A stretch of DNA of 64,000 bases. It comes from an uncultured Acidimicrobiales bacterium. Its GTDB lineage: Bacteria; Actinomycetota; Acidimicrobiia; Acidimicrobiales; CAWCAL01. The notes under the pieces are model-generated. The model ran no database searches, was not told the origin of the DNA, and saw nothing but the letters and a program-made list of their open reading frames with translations. Location of the stretch: positions 400,133 through 464,132 of the forward strand of contig CAVONU010000003.1 of NCBI GenBank assembly GCA_963697385.1, written 5' to 3'. Position 1 is the first letter of the stretch, and each line of letters opens with the position of its first letter. Below are positions 38,201-47,585 of this stretch, piece by piece. The position numbers and the translations under genes are program-made.

Positions 38201-40140
38201 GACCACACGGCGAGAATGGCGTCACGGAACCGACCTCGCCCCTCGGAGTCGAGCTCGCGGTCCAAGCGGATCCCGATGTCGTAGACGAACCGCGGCCGTT
38301 CTCCCTCGACCCGCACCTCGTACGGGATCTCGTCGATCACGATGGCGCCGAGGTCGTGGAGCAGCGGTATGAACTGCGTCAGGGTGATCGGTCGACCCAG
38401 CCGGTAGAGCTTGCAGCGCAGCAGCGTCTCGTCGGCCTCGAGCGGGCGGTGCATCGAGACGTCGAGATCCTCCTCGGCGAGTCTCTCGAGATGCTCGATG
38501 TCGCTGACCGCGGCCTCGGCGAAGACGTTGGAGCGGTAGGCGGCGGAGAACGCCGACCCGTACCGGTCGAGAAGGGCGAGTCCATGGTGCTCGCCGTGCG
38601 CCGAGATGAGCGCCGCCCTCAGGTAGTCGTCCCAGGTCCGGATGGCCCGGCTCAGGCGATTCTGGACGGCGGTCAGATCGGGCAGTTCCTCCCACGTGTT
38701 CGGATCGGTGTAGATCACGAAGTGGATGCGGGCCAACGAGTCGTTCGAGATCTCGATGCTGAATCGCGACGAGCGGCCCTGATACGCGTCCATCAGGATG
38801 CGTTCGATCTCCAGCCTGACGTCGGTGCTGTGGCGGTCCCGGGGCACGAAGACGAGACAGGAGAGGAATCGGCCGAAATCGTCCCGGCGGATGAGCAGGC
38901 TGACCTGACGCCGGTCGCGCAGGTCGAGGATGTCCAGGGCCATCTCCTCCAGCCGGTCGACCCCGGTCTGGATCAGCTCGTCCCTGGGATGGAGTTGCAT
39001 GATGTTGAGCAGGCGACTCCGATCGTGGCTGCCGGGGGCGAAGTTCGAGCGGCGCACGACCTCGGTCACCTTGGCCCGCACCACGGGGATGTCCTCGATG
39101 CGGCCGCTGTACACCGCCGACGTGAAGAGACCCAGGAATCGACGCTCGCCGGTCACCCTGCCGTCGGGCCCGATCTCCTTGATCCCGATGTAGTCCAGCG
39201 GGACCGCCCGGTGCACGGTCGAGACGGTGTTGGCCTTCGTCAGGTTGAGGATGTTCGGCCGCCGGGCCCGCTCGGTGATCTCGGGCGGAAGCTGGTCGAG
39301 GCGCCGGGTCGTCGCCTCTCCCTGTCGCATCGTTCCGAGACCGGTCCCGGGACGGGAGACGATCAGGGGATGATCGGGATCGTCGCGGAAGTCGTACTCG
39401 CGGTACCCCACGAAGGTGAAGTGGCCTGCCTCCATCCAGCGCAACAGAGCAGCGACCTCGGCGGCATCGGTCCCGACCTGGGCCTGGTACCGAGGCGCCG
39501 GGTCGACGGCCCAGTCCTCGAGCTCGTACGCCAGGGCGAGCGCCTGCTCCCGCATCGGCATCCAGTCCGACACGGCCGCCCTGACATCGCCCATCACGTC
39601 GAGCGTGTCCTGCCGTAGCCGATCCACGTTGGCTCCACTGGCCACCCGATCGACCTCGAGGTGGAGGAAGGATTCGGCCACGGCGACCCCGCCGCCGCCG
39701 TCGTCGGATGGTTCGATCCCCATGACCCGTCCGTCCTCGTCGCGCTCGACCGCGGCGATCGGATGGACCAGCACGTGCACCTGGCGGCCTTGCACCTCCA
39801 GCAGCGCCAGGACCGAGTCGACGATGAAGGGCATGTCGTCGGACACGACGTCGATCACGGTGTGGCCACTCGACCATCCGTCCTCGTCGATGTCGGGGTT
39901 GTAGACCTGCACCAGGCTCTCGTCCGGTGCGCGCTGGCCGGCCAGCTGCAGGTGGCGCACCGCAGCGCCGTAGAGGTCGATCGGATCCTTGCCGGCCAGA
40001 TCCTGCGGGGCGACCCGCTCGTAGTAGAGCCGGATGAGACGTTCGGCGTCATCCGGTGGGATGCGCGTGTACCGCTGACGGGTGAGGGCGGCCACCGCGT
40101 CGAGGAGCGCGTCTTTCAGCTGTTCGGACGTATCGGTCAT
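35296..40140 (-). CDS. NAD-specific glutamate dehydrogenase, large (~180 kDa) class
   Basis: 1,614-aa ORF. The N-terminus 'RLIRLYYERVAPQDL' and the catalytic region 'VPAGAKGGFV...VVAADKGTASFSDIAN...GFDHKALAITSRGAW...GIGDMSGDVFGNGM' are typical of bacterial large NAD-GDH. Confidence 0.95.
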   Translation of the reverse strand: MTDTSEQLKDALLDAVAALTRQRYTRIPPDDAERLIRLYYERVAPQDLAGKDPIDLYGAAVRHLQLAGQRAPDESLVQVYNPDIDEDGWSSGHTVIDVVSDDMPFIVDSVLALLEVQGRQVHVLVHPIAAVERDEDGRVMGIEPSDDGGGGVAVAESFLHLEVDRVASGANVDRLRQDTLDVMGDVRAAVSDWMPMREQALALAYELEDWAVDPAPRYQAQVGTDAAEVAALLRWMEAGHFTFVGYREYDFRDDPDHPLIVSRPGTGLGTMRQGEATTRRLDQLPPEITERARRPNILNLTKANTVSTVHRAVPLDYIGIKEIGPDGRVTGERRFLGLFTSAVYSGRIEDIPVVRAKVTEVVRRSNFAPGSHDRSRLLNIMQLHPRDELIQTGVDRLEEMALDILDLRDRRQVSLLIRRDDFGRFLSCLVFVPRDRHSTDVRLEIERILMDAYQGRSSRFSIEISNDSLARIHFVIYTDPNTWEELPDLTAVQNRLSRAIRTWDDYLRAALISAHGEHHGLALLDRYGSAFSAAYRSNVFAEAAVSDIEHLERLAEEDLDVSMHRPLEADETLLRCKLYRLGRPITLTQFIPLLHDLGAIVIDEIPYEVRVEGERPRFVYDIGIRLDRELDSEGRGRFRDAILAVWSDRAESDSFARLVTVAGLTWQDVTVLRAYARYLVQVGSHFSPAYVRETVNRNPRVASLLVELFRFRFHPDLHDDVAASDKRSEIVEAIDQVPSLDADRILRSFLALVEATTRTNHWQRADDGEPRPALAFKLDLSEVPDVPKPIPTAEIYVYSPRTEGVHLRSGRVARGGLRWSDRMEDYRTEILGLMKAQSVKNSVIVPAGAKGGFVARRLPDDGDRDATALEVVDCYRTFIGALLDLTDNRVDGAVVGPDRVVRRDADDPYLVVAADKGTASFSDIANEIAEARRFWLGDAFASGGSSGYDHKALAITSRGAWVSVRHHFSGMGLDVDRTEFTVAGIGDMSGDVFGNGMQRSRMIRLVAAFDHRHIFIDPSPDPARTFEERRRLFEMPRSSWDDYDRSLISPGGGIFSRAAKSIDISEQISEALGLDPAVEELPPNELIRAVLRAPVDLLWNGGIGTYVKASEESHAEVGDRSNETVRIDADQLRCRVIGEGGNLGVTQRGRIEFALAGGRINTDAIDNSGGVDCSDREVNLKILLSRAVGSGDLTRKHRDQLLDEMADEVCAQVLANNDAQNETLTAAVAQAPGMVEAHQRLMAVLAEWAGLDRELEALPSDQDLATRQSGDRGLTRPELAVLLAFTKNLLADDLVESPLASDPTYDGALLSYFPRQIQERYPDLVSAHPLRAELVATAVANQLVNRGGISMVHRLMRETSATVADIARAHTAASRIYDLDSLWDAIAELGPEIPADVRTQLQLDVKRLGERAARWLLRNEPQPIDIEAVVATYSAPVRELHDIVVGADDPSAPESEANVAALTDAGVPDALARRVEASGRAFGFLELSQVAARTGVELRLVAAISSALDDQLELSWLRQLLVELPRTDYWETMARGALRDEFFREHAALTAVVLDHAGAGALPTAEAAVENWLHVNEVTAGRCRQTFDDIKASGVQDLARVSVAVRSLGQLTRG

Positions 40141-40206
40141 CGAAGCCCTTCCTCAAGGTACCCCGTCGACGGTTCGACCGGTGGTTCAAGCCCGGCCGGC
40201 CGCGGT

Positions 40207-40731
40207 TCAGTCCGTCTTCGGCTCGGGTCGCCAGAACGCGGCCAGCAGCACGACCGCCCCGGCCAGACCGAGGAGCGAGATCCAGAGGCCCGTGTTCGCC
40301 GGCGGGTCGAAGATGTCGAACGCGTGGTCGAGCGACCAGCCGCCGGCACCGAGCACGGCGATCGCGAAGCCGCAGGCGATGAGGGTCATGACGTACTCCC
40401 ATCCCTCGCCGGGCCGGAAGATGAAGAAGCCGTTGCCGCGGTGATTGGTGATGAGCGCCACCGTCATGGTGCCGATCACGGCGGCCCCGCCGAACGGGGT
40501 GAGCAGGCCGAGGACCAGCAGCGCACCGCCGACGACCTCGGTGACGCTGGCCATCCAGGCGTGCACGATGCCGGGCTTCATGCCGAGGCTGGCGAACCAT
40601 CCAGCCGTTCCCTCGATCTTTCCGCCACCGAAGATGTGGTTGATGCCGTGGGCGAGCATGACCGCGCCGACGGCGCAACGGAGAACGAGCAGGGCCAGGT
40701 CGATGGAAGATGCGTCCATGGGGGCAAGCAT
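40207..40731 (-). CDS. DoxX-family membrane protein
   Basis: 'DLALLVLRCAVGAVMLAHGINHIFGGG...GTAGWFASLGMKPG...EVVGGALLVLGLLTPFGGAAVIG' is the DoxX signature. Confidence 0.9.
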   Translation of the reverse strand: MLAPMDASSIDLALLVLRCAVGAVMLAHGINHIFGGGKIEGTAGWFASLGMKPGIVHAWMASVTEVVGGALLVLGLLTPFGGAAVIGTMTVALITNHRGNGFFIFRPGEGWEYVMTLIACGFAIAVLGAGGWSLDHAFDIFDPPANTGLWISLLGLAGAVVLLAAFWRPEPKTD

Positions 40732-40753
40732 CGCGCAGCGGCGAGCCGCGCTC

Positions 40754-41179
40754 TCAGTCCCGGTCGAGTCGGTAGCCCGCCAGAGCGCTCCGGGTGTCGG
40801 CGGGCATGCGGGCCGGGCGTCCGGTCTCCAACCGCACGAACAGGCCGCGTTGGGACGCCCGGGCGGCGACCTGCCGCTCGGCGCCGGCCCTGACGTCGAA
40901 TCTGATGGTGGCCGAGGCCGCCCGGAGCTCCGAGAGCCAGAGCTCGACCTGCACCGGCTCGCGCAGCCGGATCGGGCGGAGGTACGAGATCTCGGTTCCG
41001 GCGATGATGGGCGCGACTCCCGAAGCGACCAGGCTCTCGATGGGCAGGCCGACGGCGTCGAGGAAGCGGACGCGGGTCATCTCGAGCCAGCGGATGTAGG
41101 CGATGTTGGACACGTGGCCGGCGAAGTCGATGTCGAACGTGAAGACCTCGACGTCGGTTCGGAACACCGATGCGGTCAT
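40754..41179 (-). CDS. acyl-CoA thioesterase (YbgC/4HBT hotdog family)
   Basis: 'VEVFTFDIDFAGHVSNIAYIRWLEMTRVRFL' (D..GHV.N..Y motif). Confidence 0.85.
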   Translation of the reverse strand: MTASVFRTDVEVFTFDIDFAGHVSNIAYIRWLEMTRVRFLDAVGLPIESLVASGVAPIIAGTEISYLRPIRLREPVQVELWLSELRAASATIRFDVRAGAERQVAARASQRGLFVRLETGRPARMPADTRSALAGYRLDRD

Positions 41180-41188
41180 CGTGATCTC

Positions 41189-41659
41189 CTACCGCCCGAG
41201 CGCCGACTCGATCTCGGCCATGGCGGCGGCCTCCTTCTCGGAGACGAGCGGCCCCCCGAGCCCCAGGAACCAGCCTTCCCTGCTGGCTTCGGCCGTCGCC
41301 AGCGCCGCCTGGGCGATCCACTCCTTGTAGCCGGCCGCCTCGCCCGGGTCACACCTCGCGTCGACGACTCGCGTCGCCTCGCCGATCAGGCCCAGGAGTT
41401 GGTCCTTGTCGAGGTCCTCGTCGTGCCGTGGGCTGTCCTCGTCGTCCTCGCTGTCTCGCATGCCGTCGACGAGCGACGCCACCAGCTCCTCGGCTTCACC
41501 TGCGCCGACGGGCATCTTCAGGGAGTCCCAGAGCGCCCGGAACTCCGACACCATGCCGGTGATGTGCATGTCGGAGTAGACGACCAGGATCCCGGCGGCC
41601 CAGGGCGCGGCCCGCAGGATCTCCCACTCGTCCTCGGTGAAATCGGTGCTCGTGGTCAT
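41189..41659 (-). CDS. hypothetical acidic protein
   Basis: 156-aa ORF with coding-like third-position bias, 10 nt upstream of the thioesterase gene. No motif recognised. Confidence 0.6.
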   Translation of the reverse strand: MTTSTDFTEDEWEILRAAPWAAGILVVYSDMHITGMVSEFRALWDSLKMPVGAGEAEELVASLVDGMRDSEDDEDSPRHDEDLDKDQLLGLIGEATRVVDARCDPGEAAGYKEWIAQAALATAEASREGWFLGLGGPLVSEKEAAAMAEIESALGR

Positions 41660-41776
41660 CGGTTCTCCTCCCCCTCAGGCGAATCTGTGCAAGCGTGGGG
41701 CCGTGAGCCCGCCCAACCTTGCACAGATCCGGGCGCGGGACGTGGCCGGACCCGTCAGCAACGTGAACGGAACGAG

Positions 41777-42196
41777 ATGAACCACATCGTCGTCGGAGTC
41801 GACCCCTCCCCCACCGCCCGGCACGCAGCCGAGAGCGCAGCGGCGCTCGCTGCCGACCTCGACACCACTCTCCACCTCGTCACCTGTGTCGGGCGCGGAT
41901 CGAGCCGTGAGGTCCAGGTCGGCGGTGACCGCTTCTACCTCGACTCGACCTCGACCGCCGAGTCCTTCCTCGACGACCTCCGACGCTCCCTGCCTCACGA
42001 TCGCATCACCACAACGATCGGCGACGGCGACCCGGCACGGTCCATTTGCGACGAAGCGGCCCGCCTCGACGCCAGGATGATCGTGGTCGGCAATCGGCGG
42101 GTCCAGGGGATCAGCCGCGTCCTCGGTTCGGTGGCGGCGGATGTGGCGAAGCTGGCCCCCTGTGACGTGCTGATCGCCCGCACCAGCGGCGCCTGA
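41777..42196 (+). CDS. universal stress protein (single UspA domain)
   Basis: 'MNHIVVGVDPSPTARHAAESAA...ARMIVVGNRRVQGISRVLGSVAADVAKLAPCDVLIA'. Only the last 139 aa of the 583-aa ORF are credible. Confidence 0.9.
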   Translation: MNHIVVGVDPSPTARHAAESAAALAADLDTTLHLVTCVGRGSSREVQVGGDRFYLDSTSTAESFLDDLRRSLPHDRITTTIGDGDPARSICDEAARLDARMIVVGNRRVQGISRVLGSVAADVAKLAPCDVLIARTSGA

Positions 42197-42265
42197 GTCC
42201 CCGAACGCGCCTTCCGGGAGCACCGGCGCGCGCTCCACCGGAATCGCCCTCGATATCCTCCCCCC

Positions 42266-44527
42266 GTGCCATGGGAGACGATCCGACGAGAGGCGGCCCG
42301 GCTGGCCGCGCTCCTGGGAATCTGCGGATTCGCCGTCACTCAACCGGTGCTCAGCGTTTTCGGGGGTGCCCCGGAGCAGTTCGCCTTTCGCGGCGCGACC
42401 AGCGCCGACATCATTCTCTTCGCCGTTGCGGTCGCGGTCGTGCCCGCCCTGCTGTTGTGGCTCCCGGGAGTCCTTGCGGGGCTCCTCTCGGATCGCGCCG
42501 GGTCGGCGGTTCATCTGGCGACGGTCGCGCTGGGCCTCTTCATCGGCATGCTCCAGGTTGCGCACCACCTCTTCGGGCTGTCGGGACCGCCGAAGGCGAT
42601 CGTCGCGGCCGCGGGAACCACCGGCGCGACCTGGCTCTACCACCACGCCAAGGCGGCCCGCTCCTGGTCCCAGGTGATGGCGTTCTCGTCGGTGATCTTC
42701 GTCGGCTTGTTCCTGTTCTCCACCCCGGCCGGCGAGCTTGCGTTCTCGGAGCCGCCCGACGTGGTCGAGCTGGGGTCCGATCCGGCAGGCGACGGCGAAG
42801 AGTCGCTGCCGGACATCATCATGATCATGCTGGACGAGCTGCCGACCGCCCTGCTGCTGGATGAGGCGGGCGACATCGATCGCTCCCGCTACCCGTCGCT
42901 CGCCACCCTCGCCGACGACGCGACCTGGTACCGCTCGTACACGACCGTGTCGGCCGAGACGGTGCAGGCCGTGCCGTCGATCCTGACCGGTCAGCTCCCG
43001 AGCGAGTCCAGCGAGGCCGTGTGGACCCGCCGACCGGACAACCTGTTCCGGCTGCTCGGCGGCAGCTACCACATGACCGCATCGGAATCGCTCACCCGGC
43101 TCTGTCCGGCCGAGTGGTGTGGCACCGCCACCACACCACCACGCGACGGCCCTACGGCGACGGTGCCGAGCTCTGCACCGGCGCCGGTCGCCGACGAGCA
43201 GGCCGTCCCGCCGGGCCGGGGCGGCCTGACGGGGCTGGTCGGCGACGGGTTCGACGTGTGGAGTGCCCAGGTCGCCCTGGATCGGGACCTCCCGGTGCTG
43301 AGCGGCTTCGAGGAGACCGCGGTCGCCGTGCCCGCCACCACCGAGCCCACGGTGGCCAGTGGCAGCAGCCTCCCGTCGCTGCCGTCCGGTTCGGCTCGGC
43401 TCTTCGCGTTCCGCCCCGATGACCGCGCCACCGAGCTCCCGCGGATCGAGTGGTTCAAGGAGGCGATCTCCGCGCGCGAGGTGCCGTCGCTCTCGTATCT
43501 GCACCTCCTGCTCCCCCACTCCCCGTATGTCTTCACGGAGACCGGCGCCATCTACGACGGACCCGAGGTGGGAAAGGGCACGGCCGCCGAATGGGACGCC
43601 AAGCTGGTGGCCCAGCAGATGGCGATGCAGATGCAGTTCACCGACGGCCTCATCGGCGAGGTGCTCGACGATGCACGCGACGAAGGGGTCTACGACGATG
43701 CGATCATCGTCGTGCTGGCCGACCACGCGGCCGGCCTCGACTCGGAGAAGGCGTCCCGGTACTACGACGGCACCAATGCGTCGGAGCTGATGGTCACGCC
43801 ATTGTTCATCAAGGCGTCCGGGCAGACCGAGGGGGTGGTCAGTGATGCGCCCATCGAGGCGGTCGACGTGCTGCCGACGCTGGCCGACATGATGGGCGTC
43901 GAGGTGCCCTGGTCGATGGACGGCAGCTCGGCACTCGGACGATCGCCGGATTACGCCGACCCGGGGTGTGAGGACGTTCGACGCTTCATGCGTTTCGACA
44001 TCTTCCTGGTCGGCGGTTCGCCGGGTGATGCCGACCTGTTCGAGCTCTGCGCCGACCAGGTCGTCCCGCCGGGCCTCGAGCCGATCCTCGGCGAGCGGCG
44101 CGACGATGACGAGTGGGAGACCGCTCCCCTGGCTCGGCTGACGCCCTACGAGGACCTTCTGGGCCGACCATGGGGTGATCTCGACCTTCGGTCCGGCTCC
44201 GTGGGGGTGACGCTGGATCGGACGAAGCAGACCACCGAGGGAAGCTCACCGCCCCTCGGCGTCGTTCGTGGCACGGTCGATGCCCCGATCGACGACGAAT
44301 GGGTCGCGGTTGCGGTCGACGGTCGCATCGCCGGCGTCTCCCCGATCTACGACACCCGGTCGTTCCTGACCGATTCCACCTTGGCCTCCGAGCTCGATAC
44401 CGAGCGTCAGTTCACGGTCCTGGTGCCGACCGAGCTGCTCAGCGAGGAGGGGTACGACGTCCGGGTCGCCTCCCTGCGGATGGACGAGGGTCGCGTCCTC
44501 GCTTCGGAGCTCCCTGTCGATCTCTGA
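42266..44527 (+). CDS. sulfatase-like (alkaline-phosphatase superfamily) membrane hydrolase/transferase, LTA-synthase/phosphoglycerol-transferase-like
   Basis: About 5 N-terminal TM helices followed by 'PDIIMIMLDELP', 'YLHLLLPHSPYVF' and 'IIVVLADHA' metal/catalytic boxes. GTG start at 42266. Confidence 0.8.
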   Translation: MPWETIRREAARLAALLGICGFAVTQPVLSVFGGAPEQFAFRGATSADIILFAVAVAVVPALLLWLPGVLAGLLSDRAGSAVHLATVALGLFIGMLQVAHHLFGLSGPPKAIVAAAGTTGATWLYHHAKAARSWSQVMAFSSVIFVGLFLFSTPAGELAFSEPPDVVELGSDPAGDGEESLPDIIMIMLDELPTALLLDEAGDIDRSRYPSLATLADDATWYRSYTTVSAETVQAVPSILTGQLPSESSEAVWTRRPDNLFRLLGGSYHMTASESLTRLCPAEWCGTATTPPRDGPTATVPSSAPAPVADEQAVPPGRGGLTGLVGDGFDVWSAQVALDRDLPVLSGFEETAVAVPATTEPTVASGSSLPSLPSGSARLFAFRPDDRATELPRIEWFKEAISAREVPSLSYLHLLLPHSPYVFTETGAIYDGPEVGKGTAAEWDAKLVAQQMAMQMQFTDGLIGEVLDDARDEGVYDDAIIVVLADHAAGLDSEKASRYYDGTNASELMVTPLFIKASGQTEGVVSDAPIEAVDVLPTLADMMGVEVPWSMDGSSALGRSPDYADPGCEDVRRFMRFDIFLVGGSPGDADLFELCADQVVPPGLEPILGERRDDDEWETAPLARLTPYEDLLGRPWGDLDLRSGSVGVTLDRTKQTTEGSSPPLGVVRGTVDAPIDDEWVAVAVDGRIAGVSPIYDTRSFLTDSTLASELDTERQFTVLVPTELLSEEGYDVRVASLRMDEGRVLASELPVDL

Positions 44528-44529
44528 GC

Positions 44530-44949
44530 TCAGGAGGTGTGGGTGCCGACCTGGTGCAGCTCGATCAGGTTGCCCGACGGATCGGTGAGGAAGGTCTGCC
44601 GGTCCGGGCCCACGATGCTCCCGTCCACGATGTCGAGCCCCTTCGACCGCAGCTCATGCACGGTCGCGTCAAGGTCGTCCACCAGGACGGCGAAGTGCTG
44701 GCCCCGGTTGGGCGGGACATCGCTCTCGATCAGATGGACCTGGGTTGCTCCGAAGTCGATCCACGCACCACCGATTCCGAAGTCGGGCCGATCACCGCGG
44801 ACGGTGCCACCGAGGATCTCGGTGTAGAACCCGATCGACTCGGCGGCGTCCGCCACGTTGACCGAAACGTGATGCACTGCCAGCGGGTCCACGGTGCGAA
44901 GGCTACCGGCAACGACCAGCGCGTCCTGCGGGGAGCGCACCGAGATCAT
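44530..44949 (-). CDS. VOC/glyoxalase-family protein
   Basis: 'VHHVSVNVADAAESIGFYTEILGG...QVHLIE...GQHFAVLVDDLDATVHELRSKG...FLTDPSGNLIELHQ'. Confidence 0.85.
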   Translation of the reverse strand: MISVRSPQDALVVAGSLRTVDPLAVHHVSVNVADAAESIGFYTEILGGTVRGDRPDFGIGGAWIDFGATQVHLIESDVPPNRGQHFAVLVDDLDATVHELRSKGLDIVDGSIVGPDRQTFLTDPSGNLIELHQVGTHTS

Positions 44950-44971
44950 GAGCGCATGACGGGCAGGGAGA

Positions 44972-47521
44972 TCAGCGGAGATTGAGCGCATCCGCGTTGG
45001 CGTCCGACCGACCACGGGAGGAGTCGTCCGGGGCGACCGAGGCCGTGTGGGCCCGATCCAGCCAACGGGTCAGCCGGTCGAACGGGAGCGGTCGACAGAT
45101 GCCGAACCCCTGCGCCAGGTCACAACCCAGCGACTGGAGCCGGTGGGTCAGGTCGGCCGTCTCGACCCCTTCGGCGACGACCGTGAAGCCGAGGTTGTGG
45201 CCCAGATCGATCGTCGACCGCACGATCACCTCGTCGTTGTGTTCGACGAGCATCTCGGTCACGAAGCTTCGATCGACCTTCAGCTCGCTGATCGGGAGTC
45301 GCCGCAGATTCGTCAGCGAAGAGTGGCCGGTGCCGAAATCGTCGATCGAGATCCGGACACCGATCTCATCGAGCTGCTCCAGGATGCGCAGCGTGCGCGG
45401 GGTGTCACCGATGACGGACTGCTCGGTGATCTCCAGGATCAGGAGGTGAGCCTGGACCGACTCGATCTCGAGCGCCTTGGCGATCATCCCCGGCAGCGCT
45501 TCGTTCACCAGGCTGACCGGGCTCAGGTTCACCGACACGCTCAGCTCGATCCCCAGCTCCCGCCAACGGGCCACCGCATCGAGCGATCGGCCGACCATGT
45601 GTTCGGTCATCTCCTCGATCAACCCGGCCTGCTCGGCGAGCGGGACGAAGACGTCGGGACTGACCGCGCCGTGGACCGGATGGTCCCAACGGGCGAGTGC
45701 TTCGACGCCGACCACGACGCCGGAGCGCAGGTCGGTCTTGGGCTGGAACTCCACGTCGAGCCCGCCGTTGCGCAGCGCGTCCCGGAGGTCGCCCAGCATC
45801 GCGAGGCGCACAGAGTCGTTGCCGTCGAGACTGGGTCGGTACACCGACGAGCGGTTGTGGCGCCGTTTGGCATCGTACATCGCGAGGTCGGCCCGGCGCA
45901 GGAGTGAGGCCGAGTTGCGGCCGTGGTCGGGGGCGGAAGCGATCCCGATGCTGGCGGCGATGGCGACCGTGGAGCCGCCGAGCTCGAACGGACGCTCGAG
46001 CGCCTGGCTGATCGTCTCGGCGAGAAGCGAGCCCTCGTGTTCTCCGGCACCGGGGACCAGCACCGCGAACTCGTCGCCTCCGAAGCGGGCGGGGAAGTCG
46101 CCGTCGGCCAGGCAGTCCTGGAGGCGGGTGGCCACCTGGTGCAGGAGGTTGTCGCCGGCGTGGTGACCGAGGGTGTCGTTCACTTCCTTGAACCGGTCCA
46201 GGTCGATCATCAGGATCGACGCCACTTCGGAGCCGACGATCTGATCGCTCCACGCCTCGAAGTAGGGGCGGTTCGGGAGGCCGGTGAGCCGGTCGTGGGT
46301 GGCGTCGTGCTGGATCTGGACGTGCAGCTGGCCCTTTCGGACCGCCACCCCGAGCTGTTCGGTCATCTTGCGAAGTCGGGCGCCGTCGTCCGGGCTGAAC
46401 TCGGTGGTCGCCCCGTGCCGGTCGGCCACCACGATCAGGCCGAGGGGCTCGCCATCGCCGAAGAGGGTCGCCACCATCGCTTGGCTGACGTCCAGGGCCC
46501 GGAGCCGCCGAGACAGCGCGGTGTCACGCTCGCCGTCGAGCATCTGGACCTCGGAGCCTTCCAGCTCGCCCCAGACGGGCTCGCCCGAGCGACCCGGCAG
46601 ACCGTCGAGCAGGGCGCGGTCGCCGTGGACCGTGCGCACGGCGCCGGCGCCACGGTCCCAGACCACCAGCGCGACGGTACGGGCCCGGAGCTGCTCGGCG
46701 ATCTCGCCGACGGCGGTCTCGGCGATGTCGGCGAGCTGAGCTGATCGGCCGACCTGGCTACTGAAGTCGAAGACGTGGCTCAGGTCCGTGTAACGGTGCA
46801 TGAGTGAGGCGTGGGATCGCAGGACGAGCCACACGATCGGAGCAGGGAGCAGCACCACGACCAGGAGCCACGGCTCGACGAGCATCGGGATCGTCGCGGA
46901 TGCCCCCAGCACGGCGCCCGGGAGGTAGAAGAGGTAGGCGTACGAGAATTCCTTGCGGATTCGTTCGGCGAAGTCGCCTTCGAACGCGGCGATCGCCGTG
47001 GCGATGATCAGGCCCCCCGCCACGAGTCCGATCATCAGGGAGACGATGAGCCACGCCCACATCGCGAGCGATGCCGGGTCTCCGGGTGAGAACGCGATGC
47101 GGAACACGGCGATGGCCACCACTGTCTCGGTCATGAAGGCCGTGAGGTTCAGGGTGAACTTGAAGAGCGGCTGGCGACGCCAGCCGATCAGCAGGATCGC
47201 CGATCCGACGACCCGCGCCGCCACCAGGGCCAGCGGCGAGAGCATGAGGAGACCGATCGCAAGCGGGAGGTCGGTCGGCGAGAAGCTGACCGCCTCGTTT
47301 CTTGCCTCGATGTGGAACACGAGTGGTTCGCAGACGACGAAGCCGGCCGTGATCATGACGAAGACCCACGGACCCTTGTCACAGAACGGGATCGCTCCCT
47401 CGAAGAGGGGGGCGATCAGGAGCAGGAGAGGCACGAGGACGACGCCGGTCAGGAGATTGACCCGTTGGCGCGGCGTCGATGACCCGGCCCCCGGTCGCTC
47501 GTTCGTCGTCACGGCGGCCAT
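44972..47521 (-). CDS. membrane-bound GAF-GGDEF-EAL signalling protein (c-di-GMP turnover)
   Basis: N-terminal polytopic region, GAF-like block, intact 'RFGGDEFAVL' (GGDEF) and 'VGVEALARW' (EAL), plus 'DDFGTGHSSL'. ATG 47521 (MAAVTTNE) is chosen. The upstream (PGPVR)n extension is the shadow of the tandem repeat. Confidence 0.9.
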   Translation of the reverse strand: MAAVTTNERPGAGSSTPRQRVNLLTGVVLVPLLLLIAPLFEGAIPFCDKGPWVFVMITAGFVVCEPLVFHIEARNEAVSFSPTDLPLAIGLLMLSPLALVAARVVGSAILLIGWRRQPLFKFTLNLTAFMTETVVAIAVFRIAFSPGDPASLAMWAWLIVSLMIGLVAGGLIIATAIAAFEGDFAERIRKEFSYAYLFYLPGAVLGASATIPMLVEPWLLVVVLLPAPIVWLVLRSHASLMHRYTDLSHVFDFSSQVGRSAQLADIAETAVGEIAEQLRARTVALVVWDRGAGAVRTVHGDRALLDGLPGRSGEPVWGELEGSEVQMLDGERDTALSRRLRALDVSQAMVATLFGDGEPLGLIVVADRHGATTEFSPDDGARLRKMTEQLGVAVRKGQLHVQIQHDATHDRLTGLPNRPYFEAWSDQIVGSEVASILMIDLDRFKEVNDTLGHHAGDNLLHQVATRLQDCLADGDFPARFGGDEFAVLVPGAGEHEGSLLAETISQALERPFELGGSTVAIAASIGIASAPDHGRNSASLLRRADLAMYDAKRRHNRSSVYRPSLDGNDSVRLAMLGDLRDALRNGGLDVEFQPKTDLRSGVVVGVEALARWDHPVHGAVSPDVFVPLAEQAGLIEEMTEHMVGRSLDAVARWRELGIELSVSVNLSPVSLVNEALPGMIAKALEIESVQAHLLILEITEQSVIGDTPRTLRILEQLDEIGVRISIDDFGTGHSSLTNLRRLPISELKVDRSFVTEMLVEHNDEVIVRSTIDLGHNLGFTVVAEGVETADLTHRLQSLGCDLAQGFGICRPLPFDRLTRWLDRAHTASVAPDDSSRGRSDANADALNLR

Positions 47522-47585
47522 TACTTCCAGCCCGCGCCCGCCGAGGGGTGGCGGGGCCGTGCGGTCACACGTTCGGTGTGACAGG

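Noticed and set aside
35215-39618. 1,467-aa ORF on the + strand
   Set aside because: Entirely antisense to the well-supported NAD-glutamate dehydrogenase gene. The composition is Arg/Gly/Asp/Pro/Val-rich with no motifs, which is the typical high-GC shadow ORF.
40445-41776. N-terminal part of the 583-aa ORF 40445..42196
   Set aside because: Antisense to the DoxX, thioesterase and hypothetical genes. Only the last 139 aa form a USP domain.
41675-43726. 683-aa ORF on the - strand
   Set aside because: Antisense to the USP and the sulfatase-like membrane protein. Arg/Gly-rich with no motifs.
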